From contig NIVC01000202.1 in the NCBI GenBank assembly GCA_002269645.1, positions 558,001 through 622,000 of the forward strand: a stretch of DNA of 64,000 nucleotides, read 5' to 3'. This DNA is from Macrostomum lignano. Taxonomy: Eukaryota. This document shows, piece after piece, positions 44,673-56,611 of this stretch. The notes below the pieces were generated by a model. That model did no database searches, had not been told where the DNA came from, and saw only the letters and a list, made by a program, of their open reading frames with translations. The position numbers were made by a program, and so were the translations under genes. How positions within the stretch are numbered: position 1 is the first letter of the stretch; each line of letters starts with the position of its first letter.

Positions 44673-47600
44673 GTTCTTTTAGTAATAAAAAAGGCTAGTG
44701 AATTAAAAACTTTAAATTGAATTGAATTAATAAGGTAGATTAAGATTTTAAGATTGTAGGCTTGTAGGAAAACTATATTCCTATTATTTTCTCTCTGTAT
44801 AAGAGGGCGGAAAGAATGAGAGAGTACATTCATAAATAAAAAGAAAGGAGAATGGGATATGAACAGGCATGCTAAGGTTGAGTCACATGAAGCCCAATCT
44901 GTACACTGAAATCTCTAGAAACCTTGTATATACTTGCTCCTTAACTAAGACTTAGTTCTATAATGCACAAAAATGAAACTAAAGCATTGAATGTATACTT
45001 CATCTCTTCCCCACCCCACCCACATAAAGACCAGAGGAACAAATCCTTGGCCTGGCTTGAAAAGTCTCAAAGTAGAAAGGAGAAAGAGCTCTAGGTCCAG
45101 GACAGAGGAAAAATGCTATCCACTCATTTGTTTTAGGCTTGGCCATGTCATACGCTAAATTAACATTTTCTTTTTCTGTTTCTTGTCTAGACTTTCTATT
45201 ATTCAAGGGTCCATAACTATCCACTCATTTGTTTTAGGCTTGGCCATGTCATAGGCTAAATTAACATTTTCTTTTTCTGTTTCTTGTCTAGACTACTACT
45301 ATTCAAGCGTCCATAACTAGGCCTATCAATTGTTGGATTGCCAGTTCTATAGTAGACCTACCTCAAGCTGGCAATTTCTTATAGCTTCATGTCCCACACT
45401 ATGCACTATAAGCACATGTATAGTACTAAAAGAGAGTTTAAGGGTAGGAGATTTTTAAGCATTTTCTCTCCAGCCTTGGCTTTCTATCTGTTAATTGGAC
45501 CATAAAAAATTCATGATAGTGGTAAGTGTTAGTAGATAGCTTTCTTGTCTAAAAAATTATTGTCTAAAAAAAATAGACATTTTGTCCTATTTTCAATGTC
45601 TGTTAAGTGGTTAGTGTCTCATAGAAACAAACATTGCCATATTGCCCAAAAGTTGCTTGCTTTTTAAAAACTGGACTATCTACTAAGACAACCCATTTAC
45701 TACAATGATAGCAAAGGCCATATTAATAGCAGTAGTAGCAAATGTCATACCAATGGTAGTGGTAGCAGCAAAGGTTGTGCAAATGGCAATGGAGGCTATA
45801 CTAATGGTAGTGAAGGCTATTCTAATAGTAGTAATGGCAACAAAGCTTGTGCCAATGGTATCAATGGTGATTAGCAGTTGTTTCAGCCAGTGCAAATAGG
45901 CAATGGCTTATCTGTGCATATTGGCTAAAAACTGTCATAATTCACATAGAAACATGGCTATTAATAGGCATATTGAGCAGTGTACCTTTGCTGGGCTAAG
46001 AAATAATATATAGATGACTCAAGCCTATTGAACAGCTTGTTTGGGAGGCTACCTGAGGTATCAGCTATGCTATAGTGAGTTTAGCATCTAGATGGCACTT
46101 TATTAGATTGTTATAATAGCTACCTTGATTTTCAGAAATTGAATGCAGCTTAGAATGTTTGTGTCCATTTTGTAAATTCCATAGGAGTTCTTTAAAGGTA
46201 TTCTACATTTCATTAGAATCTTTCTAGATAGAACCCAGCATGAAATTGCAACAAAGCAAGTCACCTTGCTTACAAGAGATCTATCAAAGCAAACAATGTA
46301 ATTCAAGTTTTGTCAAGAGTCCAGACAGATTGACAACTTAAAATTCCAATACCTTTCAGAAAAGCCAAGTAAAAAACACTAGACTTGTACTTCTGATCTA
46401 CTAAGAACACTAGTTTCTGCAGAAATCTCTCTGCTTATACCTGCAACTGAAGCTGCTTATAGACATCTATTTGCCAGTACATGTAGATCTTGTCTAGTGT
46501 TAGTACAAGTATAGCTATATAGTTGTTACAGACAATGTCAGCTATATTTACTTGAGCAAGGCATTTCAAATAAAAGTTAACTTGAATTTGGCTTTCCATT
46601 GACATACCCCTAAGGCCTAGTGCAAAAGATGCTTTGACATAAGAACATACCCACTAGTAGACAGGGTCTTATCAATCAAAGCCAGGATAGCACAGATGAT
46701 GCTACTATTTTAAGGTGTACTTAGTAACAATTTTTGCATTGCAATGTTTAGCAAAACTACTATATACTATATATGTAGTCTTAGGTGAGTTTTCTCATTG
46801 AAACTACTATTGCTACTATTGTTGTTTTTGCTATTCACACTACATTAATCCCTAGTATTGGCTATTCTAGTAGTGGATAGTTTTTGTACCAGTTCTAGAA
46901 TTTAAGGATTCCTTTGCTATAGCAGTTTAGGTCATTTAGCACCATCATATCCCTCTCACTCCTCTGACAGAAAGTTATTAGGCATTGGACTATATAGACT
47001 AACTGCTACTATTGAGGCCTCAATCACTCAAGGGCGCACTATGCTCAACATTGATATCAACCTCAATGTCACCTCAATGGCATCCATCTTTCCTTCCATT
47101 GTCTAACAAAGTTACTGTTGTATTAAGAGGTAACACTCATAATTGTTGTACACTTTTTGAAAGCTTGCTTTTTTACATGTATTTATCAATTCTTTAATTC
47201 TCTCTTCAACTCTTCAATTGGTTATCAGTGGCATATTTCTAATTCAAATACTAAAAAGCTTTGTTAGTAGGTATCTATCTAGGTATGTGATCGATTTCAA
47301 AAATGTTTACTGCTATTGTAAAAACTTTTGCTTGATCTTTGAAAATGACGTGTTTTTCAAGTATTTAATGCCTTTAGGATCTTTCAATTTTTTTAGCCAA
47401 GACATGTATATTGATATTGTCATGGAAAATTTCTTATCAAACAGTGCAAGTATCATAAAAATCAGTTTAGTTTTTTTCTCAAGTCAGAGACAGATGAAAA
47501 ATGGATAGAAGATTGAGACAATTCATTTTTCATAAGGTAGATTTAATTATTGACTTGATAGTTGCAATATCTATTTAAAATATATATACAATAGCTACTC

Positions 47601-48315
47601 ATTAGGATAGTGATTATTTAGGCCTTACTAGCAACTATTGTATCAAAATCAATAGTCATCGGATAAAGTCATATTTGATTTTTTTATTAATATTTTAATG
47701 GCTTTTCTAAGTATTTTATAAGCTAAGTTATGGCTGACCAAGTTATGCTGCTTCAGATGGCACAAATAAAATTGGTACTAACTAGGGAAACATTAATATA
47801 TTATGAATCATTAATTCTCTTGCTTATACATCACTATACATGTGCAACACCCAGTTGATCTGGCTGGATAACAATGCAGCCAAGACAATTATGCCATCAT
47901 AAAGCTGATTGCTGAAAAATTTAGCCAGGTAAATTCTTAGGGTTGAAAAGGTAAACTAATGTCTTGAAAAACAAATAGAGATACCAATATATTGGATAGC
48001 AAAAAGTATCGACACTGAAATGCCTGGCAACCTAATAAATAGGCAGAATAGTCTGTCAAATGCGCATATATTTGTTTTGTTTAATTGAAAATAATGAAAA
48101 TATAACACGAAATATAACAGGAAAATATATCCTATGCAAATATAATACACAAAACCTAGGTTTTTATATCATATTCATTGTCATGATTTATCAAGTGTAA
48201 TTTTGCCATCCTGAATGTGGACCTTACTTGCATCTACAATTTGTAATTCATATTTAAAATCTTTAAGCTTCTCCTGTCTTGATGCAACCCTCGCCAAGGC
48301 CATGCTTGAGCTGCG

Positions 48316-51300
48316 ATGAAGAAAAAAGGTCAAAACCCGGGCCAAACTGCCAAGAACAAGCGGGTGAAGCTGAAAAGCTTGAACCATTTGATTACTTGCA
48401 AATTGTGCAAAGGCTATCTAATTGAAGCGGCTACTGTAACTGAGTGTCTGCATACATGTGAGCTTATGTACTTTCTATTTTTCCTGTGTAGAATTTTACT
48501 AATTAGTCATGCTTGACAAATTTATTAAACCTATTTAAATCATTTCAGTTTGCAAGTCTTGCATTGTAAAATATTTGGAGACAAAGAACACCTGTCCAGA
48601 TTGTGGCATACTGATTCATCACAGTCATCCGCTGCACTACATCAGGTATGCAACTAAATTAGACGGTAAAGCGTTTATGTTGTAGGGGATAAAAGTGTTC
48701 ATGTCAGTTTGTAAGTGGGCAGCGGCATCAATATGTTGAAAATATTATGTCATGTAGGTGTAGACCACCATCTGTTGAATATCTAGGTGTACAATAACAG
48801 TCCCTTGAATATATAGAAGGTGTACAGTCGCAGTACTTTGAATATCTAGAAGGTGTACAGTCGCAGTCCCTTGAATATCTAGAAGGTGTACAGTAGCAGT
48901 CCCTTGAATATCTAGAAGGTGTACAGTAGCAGTCCCTTGAATATCTAGAAGGTGTACAGTAGCAGTACCTTGAATATCTAGTTGTACAGTAGCAGTCTCT
49001 TGAATATCTAGAAGGTGTACAGTAGCAGTCTCTTGAATATCTAGAAGGTGTACAGTAGCAGTCTCTTGAATATCTAGTTGTACAGTAGCAGTCCCTTGAA
49101 TATCTAGAAGGTGTACAGTAGCAGTCCCTTGAATATCTAGTTGTACAGTAGCAGTCCCTTGAATATCTAGTTGTACAGTAGCAGTCCCTTTAATATCTAG
49201 GTGTACAGTAGCAGTCTCTTGAATATCTGGGTGTACAATAACAATGGCCTTGAATATCTAGAAGGTGTACAGTAACAGTCTCTTGTGAACATCTAAAAGG
49301 TGTACAACTGTCTATTGAACACATGGAAGGTGTATAGCGGCAGTTTATTGAATATCTAGGTGTACAGCAGGCCTCAAATATCGGGTTGTACAGAAGCAGT
49401 CCATCGAGTCTAGAGGGTTGAGTCAGGGAAGCCTCTATGGTCGCTGCGCTCCCCAGGAAGGGACAAGTTTAGGCAGCATACAAGTTTAGGGGTAAAAACC
49501 CAATTGGAAAGCAGTGAATGAATAGGAAAATGCAACGTTTTTTTCATTTCTATGATTGATAACTTTTTAACTAAAAGTCAGAAAGATGCGGTTTGCACTA
49601 TTCAACGCAAAACATTCAGAACTTTAGGTCTCCAAGGTTAAGTTGTATTATTCAAAAAACTTCCGTTCAAAAAACTTTACAACCCTTCAGGCCATGCAAA
49701 CATATGAAATAAAAAATGAAATGGTTACCCTTAGGTGATAATTAAGCAATAGAGAGCGAAATTAACTGAAAATTGCTGGGGCAAGCTGTATACAAATAGC
49801 ACTTTGTATGACTAAAAAACAAAAGCAAAGTCTACTACGAGTATACATCAGAGCTATAGCTCATTTCTCAGATAGTTTTGACTTCAAAATGTTTGTGCCT
49901 CATCATCGCAGCGACGCATGGCACTCTCTCGCCGAGTCTGAGCAGATGTCATTGTGGTAGGTCGCTTCTCAGGAACAGTTTCGATGAAGTAGAATGGCGC
50001 ATTTGGAAAGATGCTGGGTACGGCATCAGAAGTGAACCAACCGTCGATTTTTCAGCTTCTTTGCTTGTCCATCTGCATCTGCAAATGCCGGAGCGCTTAC
50101 GGATGGAGTTGGAGTCCTGAGAGTTGTGCTTTGGATCGCAGCGCAACTTCTCCAACTCTGCTGCTGTCCACTTTCGGCGAATTGCAGAGATCCATTTTCC
50201 AGAAGCTCCGGCTGTGTATATATTCTTTTTCCAGTTAGCAAGCTATGAAATACGAGAGGTGTTACAAAAGTTCGCGTACAAACTGCTCTAGCGAGAAATC
50301 GATTTCCCCTAAACTTGTATAGCGGTGTGGGGTGGGGCGGGTGAGTGTCCCTTCCTGGGGAGCGCAGCGACCATAGAGGCTTCCCTGGTTGAGTGCTGTT
50401 TTCACACCCCCGCCGCCCGCAGCTTGGACCGCACCCTACAAGACGTGGTGTACAAGCTGGTACCGAACCTCCTGCAGCGGGAGCGCGAACGGGAAGAGAA
50501 GTTCTACCGTCGTCGGGGACTCGAACCGCCAAATCGCGAGGACAGTGCGACAGAGAAATTCCATACTGCTGGCGGCGCCACTGCGGCTTCGTCGAATGCC
50601 GCCGCCTGCGGTGCAGCGTCGACTTCTTCCGCTGGCTATCAACGCGTCGGTAACCATAGCAACGGAGACAGCGGCGTTGATGACGCCGATTCGCGGCATC
50701 GGCCAGGCATCACCAGCGAGGCTGCCAACAATTATCATAGAGGCGGCGAGCAGGTGAGAGTGTCTGCTTGGCTCTAAATGTTTTTCCAATAAATCGTACT
50801 CCCATTTCTCCTGAGATAGATAATAGACATCCTACAGAGAATCCTTTATCCCATAGTAAATATCCATTCAATCCTACTGAGAATTCCCCTTTAATCCTAC
50901 TATGAATTCCCCTTTAATCCTACTGTGAATTCCTCTTTTATCCTACTATGAATTCCCCTTTAATCCTACTGAAAATTCCCCTTTAATCCTACTGAGAATT
51001 CCCCTTTAATCCTACTGAGAATTCCCCTTTAATCCTACTGAAAATTCCCCTTTAATCCTACTGAGAATTCCCCTTTAATCCTACTGAGAATTCCCCTTTA
51101 ATCCTACTGATAATTCCCCTTTAATCCTACTGAGAATTCCCCTTTAATCCTACTGACAATTCCCCTTTAATCCTACTGAGAATTCCCCTTTAATCCTACT
51201 GAGAATTCCCCTTTAATCCTACTGAGAATTCCCCTTTAATCCTACTGAGAATTCCCATTTAATCCTACTGTGAATTCCCCTTTAATCCTACTGACAATTC

Positions 51301-53587
51301 CCCTTTAATCCTACTGAGAATTCCCCTTTAATCCTACTGTGAATTCCTCTTTTATCCTACTGTGAATTCCCCTTTAATCCTACTGAGAATTCCCCTTTAA
51401 TCCTACTGAGAATTCCCCTTTAATCCTACTGTGAATTCCCCTTTAATCCTACTGAGAATCCCCATTTAATCCTACTGTAAATTCCCCTTTAATCCTACTA
51501 TGAATTCCCCTTTAATCCTACTGTGAATTCCTCTTTTATCCTACTGTGAATTCCCCTTTAATCCTACTGAAAATTCCCCTTTAATCCTACTGAGAATTCC
51601 CCTTTAATCCTACTGAGAATTCCCCTTTAATCCTACTGCAAATTCCCCTTTAATCCTACTGAGAATCCCCCTTTAATCCTACTGAGAATTCCCATTTAAT
51701 CCTACTGTAAATTCCCCTTTAATCCTACTGACAATTCCCCTTTAATCCTACTGAGAATTCCCCTTTAATCCTACTGTGAATTCCTCTTTTATCCTACTGT
51801 GAATTCCCCTTTAATCCTACTGACAATTCCCCTTTAATCCTACTGAGAATTCCCCTTTAATCCTACTGATAATTCCCCTTTAATCCTACTGAAAATTCCC
51901 TTTTAATCCTACTGAGAATCCCCATTTAATCCTACTGTAAATTCCCCTTTAATCCTACTGTGAATTCCCCTTTAATCCTACTGAGAATTCCCCTTTAATC
52001 CTACTGAGAATTCCCCTTTAATCCTACTGTGAATTCCCCTTTAATCCTACTGAGAATCCCCATTTAATCCTACTGTAAATTCCCCTTTAATCCTACTATG
52101 AATTCCCCTTTAATCCTACTGTGAATTCCTCTTTTATCCTACTGAGAATTCCCCTTTAATCCTACTGAAAATTCCCCTTTAATCCTACTGAGAATTCCCC
52201 TTTAATCCTACTGAGAATTCCCCTTTAATCCTACTGCAAATTCCCCTTTAATCCTACTGAGAATCCCCCTTTAATCCTACTGAGAATTCCCATTTAATCC
52301 TACTGTAAATTCCCCTTTAATCCTACTGACAATTCCCCTTTAATCCTACTGAGAATTCCCCTTTAATCCTACTGTGAATTCCTCTTTTATCCTACTGTGA
52401 ATTCCCCTTTAATCCTACTGACAATTCCCCTTTAATCCTACTGAGAATTCCCCTTTAATCCTACTGATAATTCCCCTTTAATCCTACTGAAAATTCCCTT
52501 TTAATCCTACTGAGAATTCCCCTTTAATCGTACTGTAAATTCCCCTTTAATCCTACTGAAAATTCCCCTTTAATCCTACTGAGAATTACTCTTTAATACT
52601 ACTGTGAATTCCCCTTTAATCCTACTGAAAATTCCCCTTTAATCCTACTGAGAATTCCCCTTTAATCCTACTGAGAATTCCCCTTTAATCCTACTGCAAA
52701 TTCCCCTTTAATCCTACTGAGAATCCCCCTTTAATCCTACTGAGAATTCCCATTTAATCCTACTGTAAATTCCCCTTTAATCCTACTGACAATTCCCCTT
52801 TAATCCTACTGAGAATTCCCCTTTAATCCTACTGTGAATTCCTCTTTTATCCTACTGTGAATTCCCCTTTAATCCTACTGACAATTCCCCTTTAATCCTA
52901 CTGAGAATTCCCCTTTAATCCTACTGATAATTCCCCTTTAATCCTACTGAAAATTCCCTTTTAATCCTACTGAGAATTCCCCTTTAATCGTACTGTAAAT
53001 TCCCCTTTAATCCTACTGAAAATTCCCCTTTAATCCTACTGAGAATTACTCTTTAATACTACTGTGAATTCCCCTTTAATCCTACTAAAAATTTCTTTTA
53101 ATCCTTCTTTAATCCTACTAGCTTCAATCCGACAATCAAGTTCTAATTCCTTAAAGAATCCTCTTTAATCCCCAAATGGGTTCTCATCCCTAATTTCCCT
53201 TAGAATCCTGTATCTAATTTCCTTGTAATGTGACAGAACACGGCCTTCTATCTAATAATATCGGCTAAATAATATCGCTATTAAGCTACAGCAGGCAGAG
53301 AATATCGTTTCTAACTGCAGGTGAGCCTACGCCTAGTAACAGCCGAGCCCGAGCTGAAACAGATCGATCGCATGTTCGTCCGCTTATCAACCCTGGCAAC
53401 TGTCACCCACGTGAAAAAGTACATAGCAATGCAAGTATTCGAAGATGCCAGCCGATTTAAAGAGATTGACATCACCTGCGACAATCAGTTGCTAGGGAAG
53501 GATCATTCGCTGAAATTTGTTATAATCACTAGGTCGTCTCGGCCGCAGCCATTGACGTTGCATTATTGCATGAAGTTGCAGTTCTGA
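48316..53587 (+). CDS. PCGF3: Polycomb group RING finger protein, PCGF3/5-type (RING + RAWUL), 278 aa
   Basis: join(48316..48457,48549..48645,50423..50753,53321..53587) = 837 nt, open with GT-AG junctions. RING: [84 protein letters not shown]...DITCDNQLLGKDHSLKFV...PLTLHY. Confidence 0.93.
48795..49375. repeat. About 33-bp minisatellite (TTGAATATCTAGAAGGTGTACAGTAGCAGTCCC)n in PCGF intron 2
   Basis: Visible array with about 30-bp deletion variants and degenerate ends. Confidence 0.9.
49424..50387. mobile_element. Non-autonomous DNA transposon (MITE) with perfect 42-bp TIRs and a 7-bp TSD GTTGAGT; P-superfamily-like
   Basis: CAGGGAAGCCTCTATGGTCGCTGCGCTCCCCAGGAAGGGACA at 49424-49465 is the exact reverse complement of 50346-50387; GTTGAGT lies on both flanks. 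Confidence 0.88.
50868..53095. repeat. 23-bp minisatellite (AATTCCCCTTTAATCCTACTGAG)n, about 97 copies with higher-order structure, PCGF intron 3
   Basis: Visible array; rare variants recur 460 bp apart. Confidence 0.97.
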
Positions 53588-55105
53588 TCGGCTAGTTAAG
53601 TAGTAAAGTGCGAGCGAATGTGCCAAAAATTATGCTTCATTTTTGTCCTATGTAGTCATGCACAATAGTTTTGTACTTATATATAATGCTATCTGAATTT
53701 ACGATTCACCATATGATATGGTTAACTTATTAATTGGCTATATTAATTAATTATTTAAAATGGTTCGGCTTGTTAAACTTGCTGTTAATTGTTTGCTTGC
53801 TTGCTTTCTTCTCTATCAACTAAGTGCTTAGTAGTTTATTGTTGTTGAAGTCTTTCCCTGCAGTCGTAAAAAATGTCATTATAAAATTATCATTATCAGC
53901 GATGGCGCTTATTATTGTGAGTTTAGCGTTTTTTATTCTTCTGGCATTTTTTATTGCTTATTTTGGTTCCTCGTTTTTAATAGTATATTGGACCATAGAC
54001 AGCAGGTTTATATTTAAAACGGCTGTTAGAAGTCGTTTAGAACAGTAACAACAAGCTGTGTTAACAGTGAATACACCTGGCTGGCCCTAGGGCAGAGAGG
54101 AGAGAGAATAGAGATGAGAGAAGAGAGATGCAGAAAGGAGAGGCGAGGGGCCACAGGCGAGGCGAGACTAAAAAAGTGAGGAGACAAAAGGGGAAGAAAG
54201 AAGAGAGAGGAGCAGGGAGAAGAGACGAACCCTGAGCGGGCCAACCCCTGGTCTATGGCATTGGTATATTCATCTAGTGCTTCGACGATTGTCTATGGCC
54301 AAAACTGTGTATGGCCAGAGCATTGAATCTCAGACATTGAGCAGTTGAAGAACCGGAACCATTAGATAAAGATGTTGTATTTTGTGATGCACATAGCGAA
54401 CAAGTCTGCAACTGAAACTGTGACTAAACTGTCAAACCGCATGTGTGCTCAACCGTGATTAGTAACCATGCCTGACTCAGTGATTCTCTGTAGTTACCAT
54501 GGGAACGCCAATACTTTAGATGATTGGCATGTAGTGGACTCTGCAGCTCTATTTGCTTGGTGGGCATGGCTTCTGAATTTAGCTGCCCTGTGCTCTGTGC
54601 CATAGACTGTGTTTTGACCATAGAGGAAAGTAGAAACTTTGCTTCTTCATCATAATGTCTAGTTTCAAATAGCAAATCTCGTCAGCTTGCTGTGTGTAAA
54701 TTGTGTACTTTCAAGTTCTGTTTCTATAAATATGAGCACATAGATAGAACACTTAGCATCTTGATTATTTTCCTTGTTCGCTTCGTGTGTACCGACTGCT
54801 TGTATCAATAAAATTCATTTCATTTTTACTCAATTTCTTAATTCCGTGTGTCTCATAGTCTGTAGACATTTATTATTGGAATTTTAGTTAACCCATTTGT
54901 CTTTTTTATTGAATGCTAATTCTTATTAACAATTGCATGTAATCCTGTTTTTACCTGTATTGTATATAGACAAGAGCCGTTAGACATGATTGTAATTGTT
55001 AATTATATAGTAAATAAATGATTACATTCAGTGTCTGTTGTATGCTTCTCATCTACTGGCCTTTTATTTTTTAGCTCTGGGTATTTTAGCTGTCTTTACC
55101 GGCAA

Positions 55106-56500
55106 GTTAGGAGGTGGCGCCTCACTGAAGTCTCTGGTAGGAGGTGGCGCCTCACTGAAGTCTCTGGTAGGAGGTGGCGCCTCACTGAAGTCTCTGGTAG
55201 GAGGTGGCGCCTCACTGAAGTCTCTAGTAGGAGGTGGCGCCTCACTGAAGTCTCTGGTAGGAGGTGGCGCCTCACTGAAGTCTCTGGTAGGAGGTGGCGC
55301 CTCACTGAAGTCTCTGGTAGGAGGTGGCGCCTCACTGAAGTCTCTAGTAGGAGGTGGCGCCTCACTGAAGTCTCTAGTAGGAGGTGGCGCCTCACTGAAG
55401 TCTCTGGTAGGAGTTGGCGCCTCACTGAAGTCTCTGGTAGGAGGTGGCGCCTCACTGAAGTCTCTGGTAGGAGGTGGCGCCTCACTGAAGTCTCTGGTAG
55501 GAGGTGGCGCCTCACTGAAGTCTCTGGTAGGAGGTGGCGCCTCACTGAAGTCTCTGGTAGGAGTTGGCGCCTCACTGAAGTCTCTGGTAGGAGGTGGCGC
55601 CTCACTGAAGTCTCTGGTAGGAGGTGGCGCCTCACTGAAGTCTCTGGTAGGAGGTGGCGCCTCACTGAAGTCTCTGGTAGGAGGTGGCGCCTCACTGAAG
55701 TCTCTGGTAGGAGTTGGCGCCTCACTGAAGTCTCTGGTAGGAGGTGGCGCCTCACTGAAGTCTCTGGTAGGAGGTGGCGCCTCACTGAAGTCTCTGGTAG
55801 GAGGTGGCGCCTCACTGAAGTCTCTGGTAGGAGGTGGCGCCTCACTGAAGTCTCTGGTAGGAGGTGGCGCCTCACTGAAGTCTCTGGTAGGAGGTGGCGC
55901 CTCACTGAAGTCTCTGGTAGGAGGTGGCGCCTCACTGAAGTCTCTGGTAGGAGGTGGCGCCTCACTGAAGTCTCTGGTAGGAGTTGGCGCCTCACTGAAG
56001 TCTCTGGTAGGAGTTGGCGCCTCACTGAAGTCTCTGGTAGGAGGTGGCGCCTCACTGAAGTGACTGTGATGGGAGGTGGCGCTTTACTGAAGTTACTGAT
56101 GGGAGGTGGCGCCTCACTCAATTAACTGATGTGAGGTGGCGCATCATTCAAGGGACTGATGGGAGGTGGTGCCTCATTAAAGGGACTGATGGGAGGTGGC
56201 GCCTCATTAAAGGGACTGATGGGAGGTGGCGCCTCATTTAAGGGACTGATGGGAGGTGGCGCCTCATTAAAGGGACTGATGGGAGGTGGCGCCTCATTAA
56301 AGGGACTGATGGGAGGTGGCGCCTCATTGAAGTGACTCATGGCAGGTGGCGCCTCATTAAAGTGAATTTGATGGGAGGTGGCGCCTCACTGAAGTGACTC
56401 ATGGCAGGTGGCGCCTCACTCAATTGACTGATGTGAGGTGGCGCATCATTCAAGGGACTGTGATGGGAGGTGGCGCCTCAATTAAGTCTCTGGTAGGAGG
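55106..56500. repeat. 30-bp minisatellite (GAGGTGGCGCCTCACTGAAGTCTCTGGTAG)n grading into a second 30-bp variant (GATGGGAGGTGGCGCCTCATTAAAGGGACT)
   Basis: Visible array between the PCGF and CLC genes; source of the 341-364 aa repeat ORFs. Confidence 0.96.
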
Positions 56501-56611
56501 TGGTTTCTGACAGATGGTACTAGTGTTAAAAAAATTCATAAAAGTGCACAACTGCAACTTGATGTACCGCAAGCGCTGCCAACAGCCAGAGGCTCCGTCA
56601 GCATTGGCTGA

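Noticed and set aside
53824-54048. Hydrophobic 74-aa ORF after the PCGF stop
   Set aside because: T-rich 3' UTR or intergenic sequence naturally translates as hydrophobic; GTG start and no splice support.
55031-56340. 341-364 aa repeat ORFs
   Set aside because: Translations of the 30-bp minisatellite; open on both strands with no unique domain.
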